A stretch of 32,000 bases of DNA from Candidatus Saccharimonadota bacterium (GCA_023898425.1 CP060222.1:570001-602000), one strand, 5' to 3'; numbered from the stretch's first letter, positions 16,944 to 25,841 are shown. Translations and numbers: made by a program. Notes: generated from the letters alone by a model not told the origin.

Positions 16944-17324
16944 TTAAACGATGATGAGACGCTTCAAGCGATCGACTTGAGTCTTGTTTTTAGGAAGCAT
17001 GTACTTCACAGCATGAATCAATACTTCGCCTGGGTTCTCTTTCATGATTTTGGACACTGGGCGCGCCTTTACACCACTTGGGCGATTAGAGGAGCGGTAG
17101 TGAACAGCTGTCTCCAGCTTTTTGCCGGTAAGAACAAGTTTGTCAGCATTTGTGACTTTTACGATAGCACCCGCATCGATATGTGGGACATACGTAGCCT
17201 TGTTTTTACCAACGAGGATGTTTGCTACTTTTGTAGCCAAACGACCGACTACTTGTCCAGTAGCGTCGATGGTAACCGTCTCGCGGTTAATTTGCGGCAT
17301 GCCGCTCGTGTTCTTCCAAGCCAT
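16944..17324 (-). CDS. rplM: 50S ribosomal protein L13 (short, 126 aa)
   Basis: IDATGQVVGRLATKVANILVGKNKATYVPHIDAG...KYMLPKN. It ends right after the LKRL segment. Confidence 0.93.
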   Translation of the reverse strand: MAWKNTSGMPQINRETVTIDATGQVVGRLATKVANILVGKNKATYVPHIDAGAIVKVTNADKLVLTGKKLETAVHYRSSNRPSGVKARPVSKIMKENPGEVLIHAVKYMLPKNKTQVDRLKRLIIV

Positions 17325-17328
17325 ATAA

Positions 17329-17682
17329 TTATTTCACAAGCTGGATCTGTGCGATCTCAGCACCGTCACCCTTACGGGTTCCGAGTTTGATGATACGTGT
17401 GTAGCCACCTGGACGCGTTTGATAGCGTGGGCCAAGTTCTTCAAGAACCTTGTTCACAGCCGTTTCGGTCATGAGGGTTTTTGTGAGTTGGCGGCGGTTG
17501 TGCAAGCTCTTCTCCTTGCCGCGAGTAATGAGACGTTCAACCAATGGGCGAACGGCTTTTGCTTTAGCGAGGGTTGTGTTCACGTGCTCGTATAAAACGA
17601 TAGACGTGGCCAAACCGCGAAGAAGGGCTTTGCGAGGACCGGCTTTACGGTCCAGAGTCTTTTTTACTCGTCGATGTCGCAT
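17329..17682 (-). CDS. rplQ: 50S ribosomal protein L17
   Basis: MRHRRVKKTLDRKAGPRKALLRGLATSIVLYEHVNTTLAKAKAVRPLVERLIT, which is L17-typical. Confidence 0.95.
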   Translation of the reverse strand: MRHRRVKKTLDRKAGPRKALLRGLATSIVLYEHVNTTLAKAKAVRPLVERLITRGKEKSLHNRRQLTKTLMTETAVNKVLEELGPRYQTRPGGYTRIIKLGTRKGDGAEIAQIQLVK

Positions 17683-17703
17683 ATCCTTAAGTTAAGTTTA
17701 GAA

Positions 17704-18411
17704 TTAAGCCGTTTCTTCGGCGTAGGCCAAGTTATTTAGAACCTGGAAATTGTCCTGCAGAATCGTGACTGCCTGATTGACCGCGTCGAGCGGATCAAGT
17801 GAGCCATCTGTTTCTACGCGGAGCGTGAGTTTATCAAAGTCGATCTTATCACCGACACGTGCCGCCTCTACCTTATAAGAGACATTGAGCACTGGGCTGA
17901 AGAAAGCGTCGATGGCAATGGTGCCAAGTTCGGCTTTTTCTTTTGAGCGGTCATCGGTTGAACGATAGCCACGACCCGGGGTGATTGTCACTTCCATCTC
18001 GAGCGTTGCGGAAGCATCCGTCAACGTTGCGATCTGTAAGTCTGGGTTTACAATCTCTACTTGCGCGTCTTTGACAAAGTCACCTGCTGTCACGACTTTA
18101 TCGCCTTTGACAGAAAGAGTGAGCTTGACTGGCTCTTCGGAGAAGAGCTTTACACGCACCGCTTTGAGATTGAGAATGATTTCGAGCACATCCTCCTTCA
18201 CGTTCTTGATTACCGAAAATTCATGATCGGCATTCTTGATCTTCACTGACGTTATAGCTGCGCCAGAGAGGGAGGAAAGGAGCACACGACGAAGAGCGTT
18301 GCCGATCGTCGTCCCGTAACCTTGCGTGCAAGGCTCAACCGTGAGGACACCCTCATGAGGGCGTTCGCCACGATTAAACTTAATCTTATTTGGAAGAAGG
18401 ATGGAGTCCAT
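17704..18411 (-). CDS. rpoA: DNA-directed RNA polymerase alpha subunit, N-terminal domain only (235 aa)
   Basis: The alpha-NTD motif GYGTTIGNALRRVLLSSL and dimerisation/insert domains are present. The stop is 21 nt before the rplQ start, so no alpha-CTD can be encoded here. Confidence 0.9.
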   Translation of the reverse strand: MDSILLPNKIKFNRGERPHEGVLTVEPCTQGYGTTIGNALRRVLLSSLSGAAITSVKIKNADHEFSVIKNVKEDVLEIILNLKAVRVKLFSEEPVKLTLSVKGDKVVTAGDFVKDAQVEIVNPDLQIATLTDASATLEMEVTITPGRGYRSTDDRSKEKAELGTIAIDAFFSPVLNVSYKVEAARVGDKIDFDKLTLRVETDGSLDPLDAVNQAVTILQDNFQVLNNLAYAEETA

Positions 18412-18426
18412 AGAAGGGGCAAGGGG

Positions 18427-19041
18427 TTAGCGAGAGTAGAATTCGACAATCATCTTGACGTCGAATGGTTGCTGAAGCTCCTTATCCGTCGGTACACCTG
18501 TGACTTTCACAGAGAGAGTCTTAGGCTCGACAGCAATCCAGGACAGTTTATCAGATTTTGAAAGTTTTTCCTCAGCATCCTTCCACAAGGCGCTGTTGCG
18601 CTTGTTTTCGCGGATAGTGATGACATCACCAGCGCGTACACGGTAAGAAGGGATATTGTGCTTTTTACCGTTAAGAAGGAATTGAGCATGTGAAACCGCC
18701 TGACGTCCTGCAGCTCGTGTTTTTACCAAACCTGAGCGGTACACAACGTTATCGAGACGAGATTCAAGCGCTTGGATGAACTTGACACTAGTATCACCCA
18801 TCTTGCTTTTCATTTCTGCAAAGAGATTGGAGAACTGGCGTTCGTTCAAACCGTACATACGCTTCGCTTTTTGTTTTTCGCGCAATTGCTTGCCGTAATC
18901 GGTCATGCGAGTGCGACTGTCGGGGCCATGTACGCCCGGAGCGAACGGACGTCTGGTCAAGGCGCGCTGATGCTTGCTAGCATCGGAAAGCGCAATCCCC
19001 TCACGACGGGATTTTTTGGCGGTAAGTTGATTCTTTTTCAT
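18427..19041 (-). CDS. rpsD: 30S ribosomal protein S4
   Basis: KKSRREGIALS...YGKQLREKQKAKRMYGLNERQF plus an S4 RNA-binding domain (LDNVVYRSGLVKTRAAGRQAVSHAQFLLNGKK). Confidence 0.95.
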   Translation of the reverse strand: MKKNQLTAKKSRREGIALSDASKHQRALTRRPFAPGVHGPDSRTRMTDYGKQLREKQKAKRMYGLNERQFSNLFAEMKSKMGDTSVKFIQALESRLDNVVYRSGLVKTRAAGRQAVSHAQFLLNGKKHNIPSYRVRAGDVITIRENKRNSALWKDAEEKLSKSDKLSWIAVEPKTLSVKVTGVPTDKELQQPFDVKMIVEFYSR

Positions 19042-19069
19042 AGGACCATTCAGCCTTTAAGAATATGGA

Positions 19070-19516
19070 TTAAACGCGACGTGGGCGCGGTTGGCGGCAG
19101 CCATTATGTGGAATAGGGGTAACATCCTTGATTGTAAGGATACCAAGTCCGTTTGCATTCAAGGCACGGAGGGCGCCTTCGCGACCCTGACCGACACCAC
19201 TCATGAATACGCTTACTTCTTTGAGACCGTAGTCTGCTGCTTTTTCGACAGCGTCCTTAACGATCATAGATGCAGCGTATGGAGTTGCTTTTTTAGGACC
19301 TTTGAAACCCTGTACACCAGCACTGGACCATGAAAGCGTATTGCCGTTCATGTCAGTAAGGGTGACGATCGTGTTATTGAAAGAAGCATGGATAAACGCC
19401 TTTCCTTCAACAACTTGACCTCGAGCTTTTTTGGTTTTCGCTTTTGCTTTCGCTTTAGCGCTTGCTACCTTGCCTTTTGCGGCGCTTTTGGTAGCGGATT
19501 TTGTTGATTCACTCAT
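19070..19516 (-). CDS. rpsK: 30S ribosomal protein S11 with a Lys/Ala-rich N-terminal extension
   Basis: [20 protein letters not shown]...[10 protein letters not shown]...[20 protein letters not shown]. Confidence 0.95.
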   Translation of the reverse strand: MSESTKSATKSAAKGKVASAKAKAKAKTKKARGQVVEGKAFIHASFNNTIVTLTDMNGNTLSWSSAGVQGFKGPKKATPYAASMIVKDAVEKAADYGLKEVSVFMSGVGQGREGALRALNANGLGILTIKDVTPIPHNGCRQPRPRRV

Positions 19517-19534
19517 AGATTAGTCAATTGAAGT

Positions 19535-19921
19535 TTACGTCTTTTCAAGCTTACGTTTACCAGATCCCATTGTCTTGCGGACATTACCGCGACGTGTACG
19601 GGAGTTTGTTTTTGTACGTTGGCCACGAGCAGGGAGACCCTTATTGTGACGAGTACCACGATAAGCACCGATTTCTTTAAGGCGCTTGATGTGACCAAGA
19701 ACTTCACGACGAAGTTCACCTTCTACACGATGCTCCTTTTCTACGATTTCACGTAGTTTGTTTGCATCTTCTGCTGGAAGGTCTTTGACACGAACAGCTG
19801 CATCCAAGCCTGCTTGAGCGACAATGCGCTGAGCAGTAACGGTGCCGATGCCGTGAATATAAGTGAGCGCAATATCAATGCGCTTTGCTGATGGGAGGTT
19901 TACGCCTGCAATACGAGCCAT
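19535..19921 (-). CDS. rpsM: 30S ribosomal protein S13
   Basis: [26 protein letters not shown]...[26 protein letters not shown]. Confidence 0.95.
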   Translation of the reverse strand: MARIAGVNLPSAKRIDIALTYIHGIGTVTAQRIVAQAGLDAAVRVKDLPAEDANKLREIVEKEHRVEGELRREVLGHIKRLKEIGAYRGTRHNKGLPARGQRTKTNSRTRRGNVRKTMGSGKRKLEKT

Positions 19922-19936
19922 AGTATGGGATAAAGG

Positions 19937-20053
19937 TTAGCCTTGACGCTGCTTGTGCTTCGGATTCTTTTTACAAATCACGACCACTCGACCTTTTCGG
20001 CGAGTTACTTGGCAATCGCGGCACATAGATTTGACCGAGGATCGGACTTTCAT
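19937..20053 (-). CDS. rpmJ: 50S ribosomal protein L36
   Basis: Not in the ORF track because it is under 60 aa. Hand translation of the minus strand gives [38 protein letters not shown] plus stop. It sits in the canonical infA-rpmJ-rpsM position. Confidence 0.9.
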   Translation of the reverse strand: MKVRSSVKSMCRDCQVTRRKGRVVVICKKNPKHKQRQG

Positions 20054-20092
20054 AATGACGAAGTTTTGGCTAAGATAAAATGTTTCAGTGGG

Positions 20093-20323
20093 CTACAATC
20101 TAAAGGTTATACGACCTTTTGTCAAATCATACGGAGTTATCTCTACTTGAACCTCGTCTCCGGGGGTCAAACGAATGCGATTCATACGCATTTTTCCTGC
20201 AAGATAACACAAAATTGACTGTCCATTATCGAGCTTTACCTTAAAGGTTGCTGATGGGAGGTTTTCTTCAATCGTCCCCTTTACTACCAAGAATTCTTTG
20301 TTAGGAGAGGACGGTTTGGCCAT
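20093..20323 (-). CDS. infA: translation initiation factor IF-1
   Basis: S1-like fold sequence [62 protein letters not shown]. Confidence 0.95.
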   Translation of the reverse strand: MAKPSSPNKEFLVVKGTIEENLPSATFKVKLDNGQSILCYLAGKMRMNRIRLTPGDEVQVEITPYDLTKGRITFRL

Positions 20324-20368
20324 AGGTGTGGATAGATGTAGACATGAAAATAATAATAAAGATGAAAG

Positions 20369-20397
20369 TATGATAACCTAGCAAAATAATTGCGTCA
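20369..20397 (-). promoter_or_regulatory. sigma70-like promoter TTGACG-17-TATCAT for the infA-to-rpsI ribosomal/rpoA operon
   Basis: The minus strand reads TTGACGcaattattttgctaggtTATCAT, about 45 nt upstream of the infA ATG. Confidence 0.5.
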
Positions 20398-20404
20398 ACC
20401 AATA

Positions 20405-20656
20405 GATAAAATAGAGACACCCCCCGAGAGCTGATCTACGGGGGGTGCGAGCCGAAGTCTGGCCTCTTTTACGCGTCGATGGGTTTGGGGTGGGTATAAC
20501 GCACAAAACAGTGTTCAGACCTCTTGAGAGGCTTAAGCATTATCTAACCAGCCGTGGAGAGGTTCTGCTCAAAGCATAAAGGTGCTGGCCAGGACACCCA
20601 CTTCTCCAAATACCATCGAAATGATTCCATGAGATTTGGTGAGCTGGGTGCCTGAC
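20405..20656 (-). ncRNA. candidate structured ncRNA of unknown family (about 250 nt)
   Basis: It lies in a 440-nt ORF-free gap in an otherwise tightly packed genome. A promoter-like TTGACA-17-TAGCGT sits upstream. An irregular hairpin of about 68 nt (20590-20655) is followed by further helices. The element ends in a 9-bp GC-rich hairpin (CACCCCCCG/CGGGGGGTG, 20418-20447) followed on the minus strand by TCTCTATTTTAT. Confidence 0.5.
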
Positions 20657-20662
20657 GAGAAA

Positions 20663-20691
20663 ACGCTAGCCAAATCATGCTCTTTTGTCAA
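20663..20691 (-). promoter_or_regulatory. putative promoter TTGACA-17-TAGCGT for the candidate ncRNA
   Basis: The minus strand reads TTGACAaaagagcatgatttggcTAGCGT. The -10 box keeps only the T1, A2 and T6 consensus positions. Confidence 0.35.
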
Positions 20692-20703
20692 GAATGGCTA
20701 CAT

Positions 20704-20740
20704 AGAAAAAAGCTCCTCAAGTAAAAACTACAGAGGAGCT
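20704..20740 (-). terminator. intrinsic terminator after the histidine-phosphatase gene
   Basis: The AGCTCCTC...GAGGAGCT stem is followed on the minus strand by TTTTTTCTATG. It lies 24 nt past the stop at 20764. Confidence 0.6.
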
Positions 20741-20763
20741 TATTTGTCAGAAAGGACTTCTCA

Positions 20764-21423
20764 CTAAAGTCCGAGATGTGGGGTTGAATTGAGTCGACGT
20801 ATCCCCCATCCATGTTTTAGATGATATTCAAACGTCGTGATTGAAGTATTGTGAATGATATAGCGCCATCCAACCTCAGGTCGACACCCTGAGTACAATG
20901 CATGAAATGCACCGATGGCACGGCCATGCGACACGATCATCCCATGTTCTATGCCCTGGTCCGACATCTTGCTAACGGCGAGATTGAATGCCTTCATCAT
21001 ACGCAGTCCAACCGTACGCATCGATTCGCCACCCGGTGGGGTGAAATCTAGATCGCCATCGGAGAACTGTGCCCACAAATCAGGATTTTCGTTCTTCACC
21101 TCTTCGATAGATCTCCCCGTCCAATCACCTCGATGAATTTCACGAAGATCCTGCGAAAGATGAATTTCATAACCTATACCAGCAAGCCTTGTTGTGACAA
21201 TCGTCGCTGTACTGTGAGCACGCATGAGATCTGAGCTGGCAAAATATCCAGGCTGTAGCCCATTTCGTTGCAAACAATCCCCTAGCCTCTCTGCCTGATC
21301 GCGTCCACGCGCCGTAAGCGGTGGATCATATACACCAAAGTATCCAGGCTTTGTATTTGCCTCTGATTCGGCATGTCGAATCAAGTGAACTTGCATCGCG
21401 TTTTCTGGTTGAAGAATATCCAT
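20764..21423 (-). CDS. histidine phosphatase superfamily protein (phosphoglycerate mutase-like, branch 1)
   Basis: LIRHAESEAN (RHG-type motif), ...RGRDQA..., and a second catalytic His in IVSHGRAIGAF. I chose the ATG at 21423 because AAGGAGAG lies 5 nt upstream. Confidence 0.8.
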   Translation of the reverse strand: MDILQPENAMQVHLIRHAESEANTKPGYFGVYDPPLTARGRDQAERLGDCLQRNGLQPGYFASSDLMRAHSTATIVTTRLAGIGYEIHLSQDLREIHRGDWTGRSIEEVKNENPDLWAQFSDGDLDFTPPGGESMRTVGLRMMKAFNLAVSKMSDQGIEHGMIVSHGRAIGAFHALYSGCRPEVGWRYIIHNTSITTFEYHLKHGWGIRRLNSTPHLGL

Positions 21424-21451
21424 TGCTCTCTCCTTGTTTTTCGCCAAGTAC

Positions 21452-22075
21452 TTAGTTGAGTTCACTTATCTTTTCTTTTAGCGCCACCACATTAATAATG
21501 AAAGCCATCTGACCCCAGAAATAGACTTGTTCGGAAGTGGGTCTTACTTCAGGAAATCCATTTTTTAATAGGAGTCCCTGGTAAAATAGCAATTCATCAT
21601 CGCTCATACCCACCAAACGAAAGAGCGCTGTGGCATCTTCATATGATGTGAGTAGAGCAACTGAGTGCTGAGCATCTGAATATTTGATGCCAATAGCAAC
21701 GTATTTTTGCTCTACCCCATGAAAGAACTTGAACTCACAGAGCTGCGTTCTTCTTGATAACAATGTCTTTACTATTTGCTTAGACGATGAGAGCTCTTTC
21801 ATTTTCTGCAAGCGCTTGCAGAGATAACGCGACTCCTCGTGATTATAGCTTCGTTCAAGACCTGTAGCAGGTGACGAGAATACCTTACCCGAGAGAACCG
21901 TGCGATCGATGTCTTCTAGATATCTTTGAGGTAAATAGTCGCGATGATCTTTGAGCATCAAAGCAAGCGCATTACTATCTGCGATATACCGCCCCGAGAA
22001 TTGCTGGCTCTCTGGATCAAGAAATATCACCAAACAACCCTCAACAAAGAAAAAGATGTCGTGAATTCGCGTCAT
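21452..22075 (-). CDS. hypothetical protein (207 aa)
   Basis: A clean ORF between the alaS terminator and the phosphatase gene. No motif recognised. Confidence 0.6.
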   Translation of the reverse strand: MTRIHDIFFFVEGCLVIFLDPESQQFSGRYIADSNALALMLKDHRDYLPQRYLEDIDRTVLSGKVFSSPATGLERSYNHEESRYLCKRLQKMKELSSSKQIVKTLLSRRTQLCEFKFFHGVEQKYVAIGIKYSDAQHSVALLTSYEDATALFRLVGMSDDELLFYQGLLLKNGFPEVRPTSEQVYFWGQMAFIINVVALKEKISELN

Positions 22076-22120
22076 GATCTTTGTGCCTTTGTTTAAAGTT
22101 ACCAGTCGCTTTTATCTAAC

Positions 22121-22151
22121 GCTAAAGAAAAAAGAAGGTCAAATGACCTTC
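22121..22151 (-). terminator. intrinsic (potentially bidirectional) terminator after alaS
   Basis: The GAAGGTCA/TGACCTTC stem starts 4 nt past the alaS stop. It is followed on the minus strand by TTTTTTCTTT. Confidence 0.7.
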
Positions 22152-22154
22152 TTT

Positions 22155-24005
22155 TTACTTTTGTGGACCAGTTACAGTTGCTTTGATGCGACGGACACCT
22201 GCCGAAACTGCCTCTTCTTTGACGAGTTTAAAGGATCCAAGCTCGCCCGTGTGTGTGACATGTGGACCTCCGCAGATTTCTTTTGAATAATCCCCCACTG
22301 TATAGACCGTGACATTACCACCAAGTTGAGCGTATTTATCCGCAAAGTAACCAAGCGCACCCATATCTCTTGCCTCGTCTGTTGTATATGCTCCTGAGGT
22401 AACAGGAAGGTCGCGACGAATGGCGTCATTAACCATATCCTCTACACGTTGCTTTTCTTCGTCCGTCATTTTTTGTGGATGTGAAAAATCAAAGCGTAAA
22501 CGCTCGGCCGTGATATTAGAACCTTTTTGCTCGACGTGATCACCAAGAACGACTTTTAGCGCTTTATGCAATAAGTGCGTTGCTGTGTGTAAGCGCGTGG
22601 TTTCTTCGCTGTGATCAGCAAGACCGCCTTTGAAAGCACCCGCAGAGGCCGTACGCGAAAGATCTTGGTGCTTTTTAAATTCTGCAGCAAAAGCTTCTTT
22701 GTCGACTTGTTTACCGTTTTCTTGAAGTAATTCTTCGGTAAGCTCAATTGGGAATCCGAAAGACTGGTAGAGCAAGAATGCTTGTTCACCAGAAACCTCA
22801 CCTTTTGCCATCATCTTTTCGAGCTCCTTCATACCGTTCTCGATGGTACGGCCGAATTTTTCTTCTTCTTTGTTCATCTCTTCGATGATGCGTTCGCGAT
22901 TGTTTGTAAGCTGAGTATAGTGATCACCAAAAAGACGAATAACTTCATCAGCGATTTTAGCGGTGAACATTTCGTTGATACCAATGCGTTTACCTTCGCG
23001 AATTGCACGACGTAATAATCGACGAACAATATATCCCTGACCAACATTTGAAGGCGCTACTCCGTTTTGATCACCAATCACAAAGGTCGCTGCACGAATA
23101 TGATCCGCAATGATGCGATAAGAGCGCTCTGCCTCTTGTGGAGTTTTCTCAGCTAGCGCATTAATAGCGTCAAAGATTGATTGAAACACTTCAATATCAA
23201 AAACCGTCGATGAACCTTGTTTGATTGTAGTGATACGCTCAAGACCCATGCCTGTATCAACGTTCTTTTGTGCGAGTGGCTCAAAAGTACCTTCTGCCGT
23301 TTTGTTGTATTGCATGAAGACGTTATTCCAAATCTCGACAAAACGACCGCAATCGCAGTTTGGATTACAGACAACGTCAAAGCCTTCTGTGTGAGGCAAT
23401 CCTGTATCATAAAAGATCTCGGTATCTGGACCGCATGGACCGGTTAACCCAGCAGGACCCCACCAGTTTTTCTTTTTTGGATACGCGTAAATACGTGCGC
23501 CCTTTTCTGTTTTGGTTGGTTCGTCTTTTTCTGAAACACCAACCTCGGCAGTAATGCCGGCTGACGCAAACGCTTTTTGCCAAAGCGCGATAGATTCTTC
23601 GTCGCGAGGTGCGTCAGCATCACCTTCGAATACCGTCACGTAAATACGTTTTGGATCTAAAGCAAGCCCTTTATCAGATGTTAAAAATTCAAAAGAATAA
23701 CCGATTGACTCTTCTTTAAAATAATCACCAAGCGACCAATTACCCAACATCTCAAACATGGTGAGATGACGATTGTCCCCTACCTCGTCGATATCATCGG
23801 TACGCAAACAGACTTGCGCATCGGTAAGACGCTTGCCTGATGGATGAGGAGTACCGACCAAAAAAGGTACGAGCGGCTGCATGCCAGCCGTCGTAAATAA
23901 AACGGTAGGGTCATTCTCAGGCACAATCGATGCCGAAGGAATGATGACGTGGTCCTTAGATTTAAAGAAATCAAGGTATTTTTGGCGAATTTCAGACAAT
24001 GTCAT
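22155..24005 (-). CDS. alaS: alanine--tRNA ligase, short form (616 aa) without the C-Ala domain
   Basis: N-terminus MTLSEIRQKYLDFFKSKDHVIIPSASIVPENDPTVLFTTAGMQ. The editing-domain zinc motifs HTATHLLH and CGGPHV are present. The protein ends about 30 aa after CGGPHV. Confidence 0.93.
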   Translation of the reverse strand: MTLSEIRQKYLDFFKSKDHVIIPSASIVPENDPTVLFTTAGMQPLVPFLVGTPHPSGKRLTDAQVCLRTDDIDEVGDNRHLTMFEMLGNWSLGDYFKEESIGYSFEFLTSDKGLALDPKRIYVTVFEGDADAPRDEESIALWQKAFASAGITAEVGVSEKDEPTKTEKGARIYAYPKKKNWWGPAGLTGPCGPDTEIFYDTGLPHTEGFDVVCNPNCDCGRFVEIWNNVFMQYNKTAEGTFEPLAQKNVDTGMGLERITTIKQGSSTVFDIEVFQSIFDAINALAEKTPQEAERSYRIIADHIRAATFVIGDQNGVAPSNVGQGYIVRRLLRRAIREGKRIGINEMFTAKIADEVIRLFGDHYTQLTNNRERIIEEMNKEEEKFGRTIENGMKELEKMMAKGEVSGEQAFLLYQSFGFPIELTEELLQENGKQVDKEAFAAEFKKHQDLSRTASAGAFKGGLADHSEETTRLHTATHLLHKALKVVLGDHVEQKGSNITAERLRFDFSHPQKMTDEEKQRVEDMVNDAIRRDLPVTSGAYTTDEARDMGALGYFADKYAQLGGNVTVYTVGDYSKEICGGPHVTHTGELGSFKLVKEEAVSAGVRRIKATVTGPQK

Positions 24006-24044
24006 AAGAAAGTGGAATGTGCTGATCCTACCGAAAAGAAGGGT

Positions 24045-25841
24045 TTAGAGCAAGAATAGATCTTTCGCCTCAGAGTCTAGTGTTATTTCTTTACCTACCC
24101 AATCAACATCTATCATTGGAAGTCTAAGTATGGGGATATGATATTCGCGTGCCACGATCGCCATATGAGACAAGGTTCCACCAACTGAAGTGATAATCCC
24201 TCTTAACTTTGGTAAATAGCTTGCTAAGTCAGGCGTTAATTCGTGCGTAAAGAGTATTGGATCTTGTACTGTATCGATCTGTTCAAGCATCACAATTATG
24301 CCCTTCGCTTTACCTGCCGATAAATAGAGCGATTCACTTGGTCGAAACATTGCCGTCGATAGGCGTCTCGGTAGCCCATACTGTGGCTTTGCTTGCCTTG
24401 TTGTTAGTACGTCTGGTTGATATTGCTTTAACCATTCTCGTAATGCGTTCATAAGCATTACCGCATACCAACGACCGTATTCACGTATTGCATCCGCATA
24501 AATAGCTGCTGACAAATATCGATCTTCTAAGCGTAGAGATTGTTGATTATTCTTTGGTCTCACAAGAAACTGCCTAGGCAAAAAGACGCTCGTGTCAGAG
24601 AGACTAAAGACATTGCCAATCACATGCATTGGAGCCGCTATTACATCTTCTGCATCGATTAGCTCATGTGGCTTAAGATGTGGCCAGCGCTTTTTTGCAA
24701 ATTTTGCATCCTCCAATAGACTCGTAGAAAGAAGATTTGCTGCAAATACACTTTCATATTCTTGATAGATCCAATGCAACATCTCATCTAATGTAGTTAC
24801 TAATGGCGCTTGAGTAGAATGCATTTTATTACGAAGCTCATTTATGAATGGCTTTGCTTGAAGTTTTGCTCTTTGTAATCTTGCTTGATTGAGCCATCCT
24901 CGCAAACCACCTTGAAACAAAGCGCGCTCAATAGCCGTATCAACAAAAACGGTTTGCCCGATCACACGTAAAGGACTCGTGATTGTGCCTTTTATACCGA
25001 ATCGTTTATAGGCGCGTTCAACAGGTCCATCTTTTTGAAAAAGACCTTGTAGCAACTCAAGCATAAAGGCATCCGCGTGAGGCGCTAACTCTGCATAACC
25101 ATCTTGCACATAATCATAAGCATGGCGCGGCAGCGTTTCTTCTATTTTTTGAAAAAATCGTTCTTGTTCTACGTTTATTGTTGTGATTGGCCGTGATTGT
25201 AAAAGATATGCCTCGTGGTTTACCACACACCACTCGATATCTTGAGGCATGCCAAAGAATCGCTCAACACTTAACGCGAGCTGGCATAAACGTTTATCAA
25301 CTCCCGTTAATGCCGGTTGATAACGCCTTGGATAAAAGCTCGTGTCTGGTGTTTGCTTTCCAGCTACTAACATTTCTCCAAATCCTTTTACCTGATCACA
25401 CTGAATGCAAAATGGATCTATAGGTGATCTTGTAAATACTACGCCCGCGACATCCGGTAGAAGGCAATGTTGCACGATAAGCGCATGACGAGCATTTGGT
25501 GCGCGTTCTCTATTTGATGCTGACACTTTTTTTATTGCATCTAGCAACCCATCAAACGCAACTGGTAGCAATGTCATAAATTGCCCCGCCATAGAATGAC
25601 CTGCTTGATCTTCTATGTCAGAAGCAGAACGAACGGCAAAAGGACCGTCCCCAATTTCATTTTGGATACGGCTTCTCTCCTCATCAGTCCATTCGTTTTT
25701 AGAATCAACAAGGTTTATTTGCTGAAAACCAATACAGAGAAAATTTGGTACTCGAAAACCTACGTCTTTAAGACGATGTAACTGGTACGCTTTTGAACCA
25801 ACATTGTTTTGCTGGATATCATCTTTATCGAGAAAGATCAT
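24045..25841 (-). CDS. dikinase-like protein: PPDK_N-type ATP-grasp nucleotide-binding domain plus C-terminal PEP-utilizer swivel phosphohistidine domain
   Basis: N-terminal motifs VGSKAYQLHRLKDVGFRVPNF, FAVRSASDIED..SMAGQF, VVFTRSP and DIEWCVV..AYLLQSRPIT. The C-terminus has GIITSVGGTLSHMAIVAREYHIPIL. The central ~270 aa are unassigned. Confidence 0.75.
   Translation of the reverse strand: MIFLDKDDIQQNNVGSKAYQLHRLKDVGFRVPNFLCIGFQQINLVDSKNEWTDEERSRIQNEIGDGPFAVRSASDIEDQAGHSMAGQFMTLLPVAFDGLLDAIKKVSASNRERAPNARHALIVQHCLLPDVAGVVFTRSPIDPFCIQCDQVKGFGEMLVAGKQTPDTSFYPRRYQPALTGVDKRLCQLALSVERFFGMPQDIEWCVVNHEAYLLQSRPITTINVEQERFFQKIEETLPRHAYDYVQDGYAELAPHADAFMLELLQGLFQKDGPVERAYKRFGIKGTITSPLRVIGQTVFVDTAIERALFQGGLRGWLNQARLQRAKLQAKPFINELRNKMHSTQAPLVTTLDEMLHWIYQEYESVFAANLLSTSLLEDAKFAKKRWPHLKPHELIDAEDVIAAPMHVIGNVFSLSDTSVFLPRQFLVRPKNNQQSLRLEDRYLSAAIYADAIREYGRWYAVMLMNALREWLKQYQPDVLTTRQAKPQYGLPRRLSTAMFRPSESLYLSAGKAKGIIVMLEQIDTVQDPILFTHELTPDLASYLPKLRGIITSVGGTLSHMAIVAREYHIPILRLPMIDVDWVGKEITLDSEAKDLFLL

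Noticed and set aside
16815-17390. A 191-aa + strand ORF, plus neighbouring + strand ORFs at 16616-16954 and 17122-17328.
   Set aside because: They are antisense to rpsI and rplM, which have unmistakable ribosomal-protein translations. The translations are low-complexity (FFFVSVVV...). They are shadow ORFs.
20405-20656. Tried to assign the structured intergenic RNA to tmRNA, RNase P RNA, SRP (4.5S/scRNA) or 6S RNA.
   Set aside because: I saw no tRNA-like T-arm or CCACCA end and no tag ORF. I also saw no GGAAAGUCC/ACAGAA RNase P motifs and no GUCAGGUCCGGAAGGAAGCAGC-type SRP domain IV (only a chance GUCAGG). A 6S-like central bubble is not evident. It stays an unclassified candidate.
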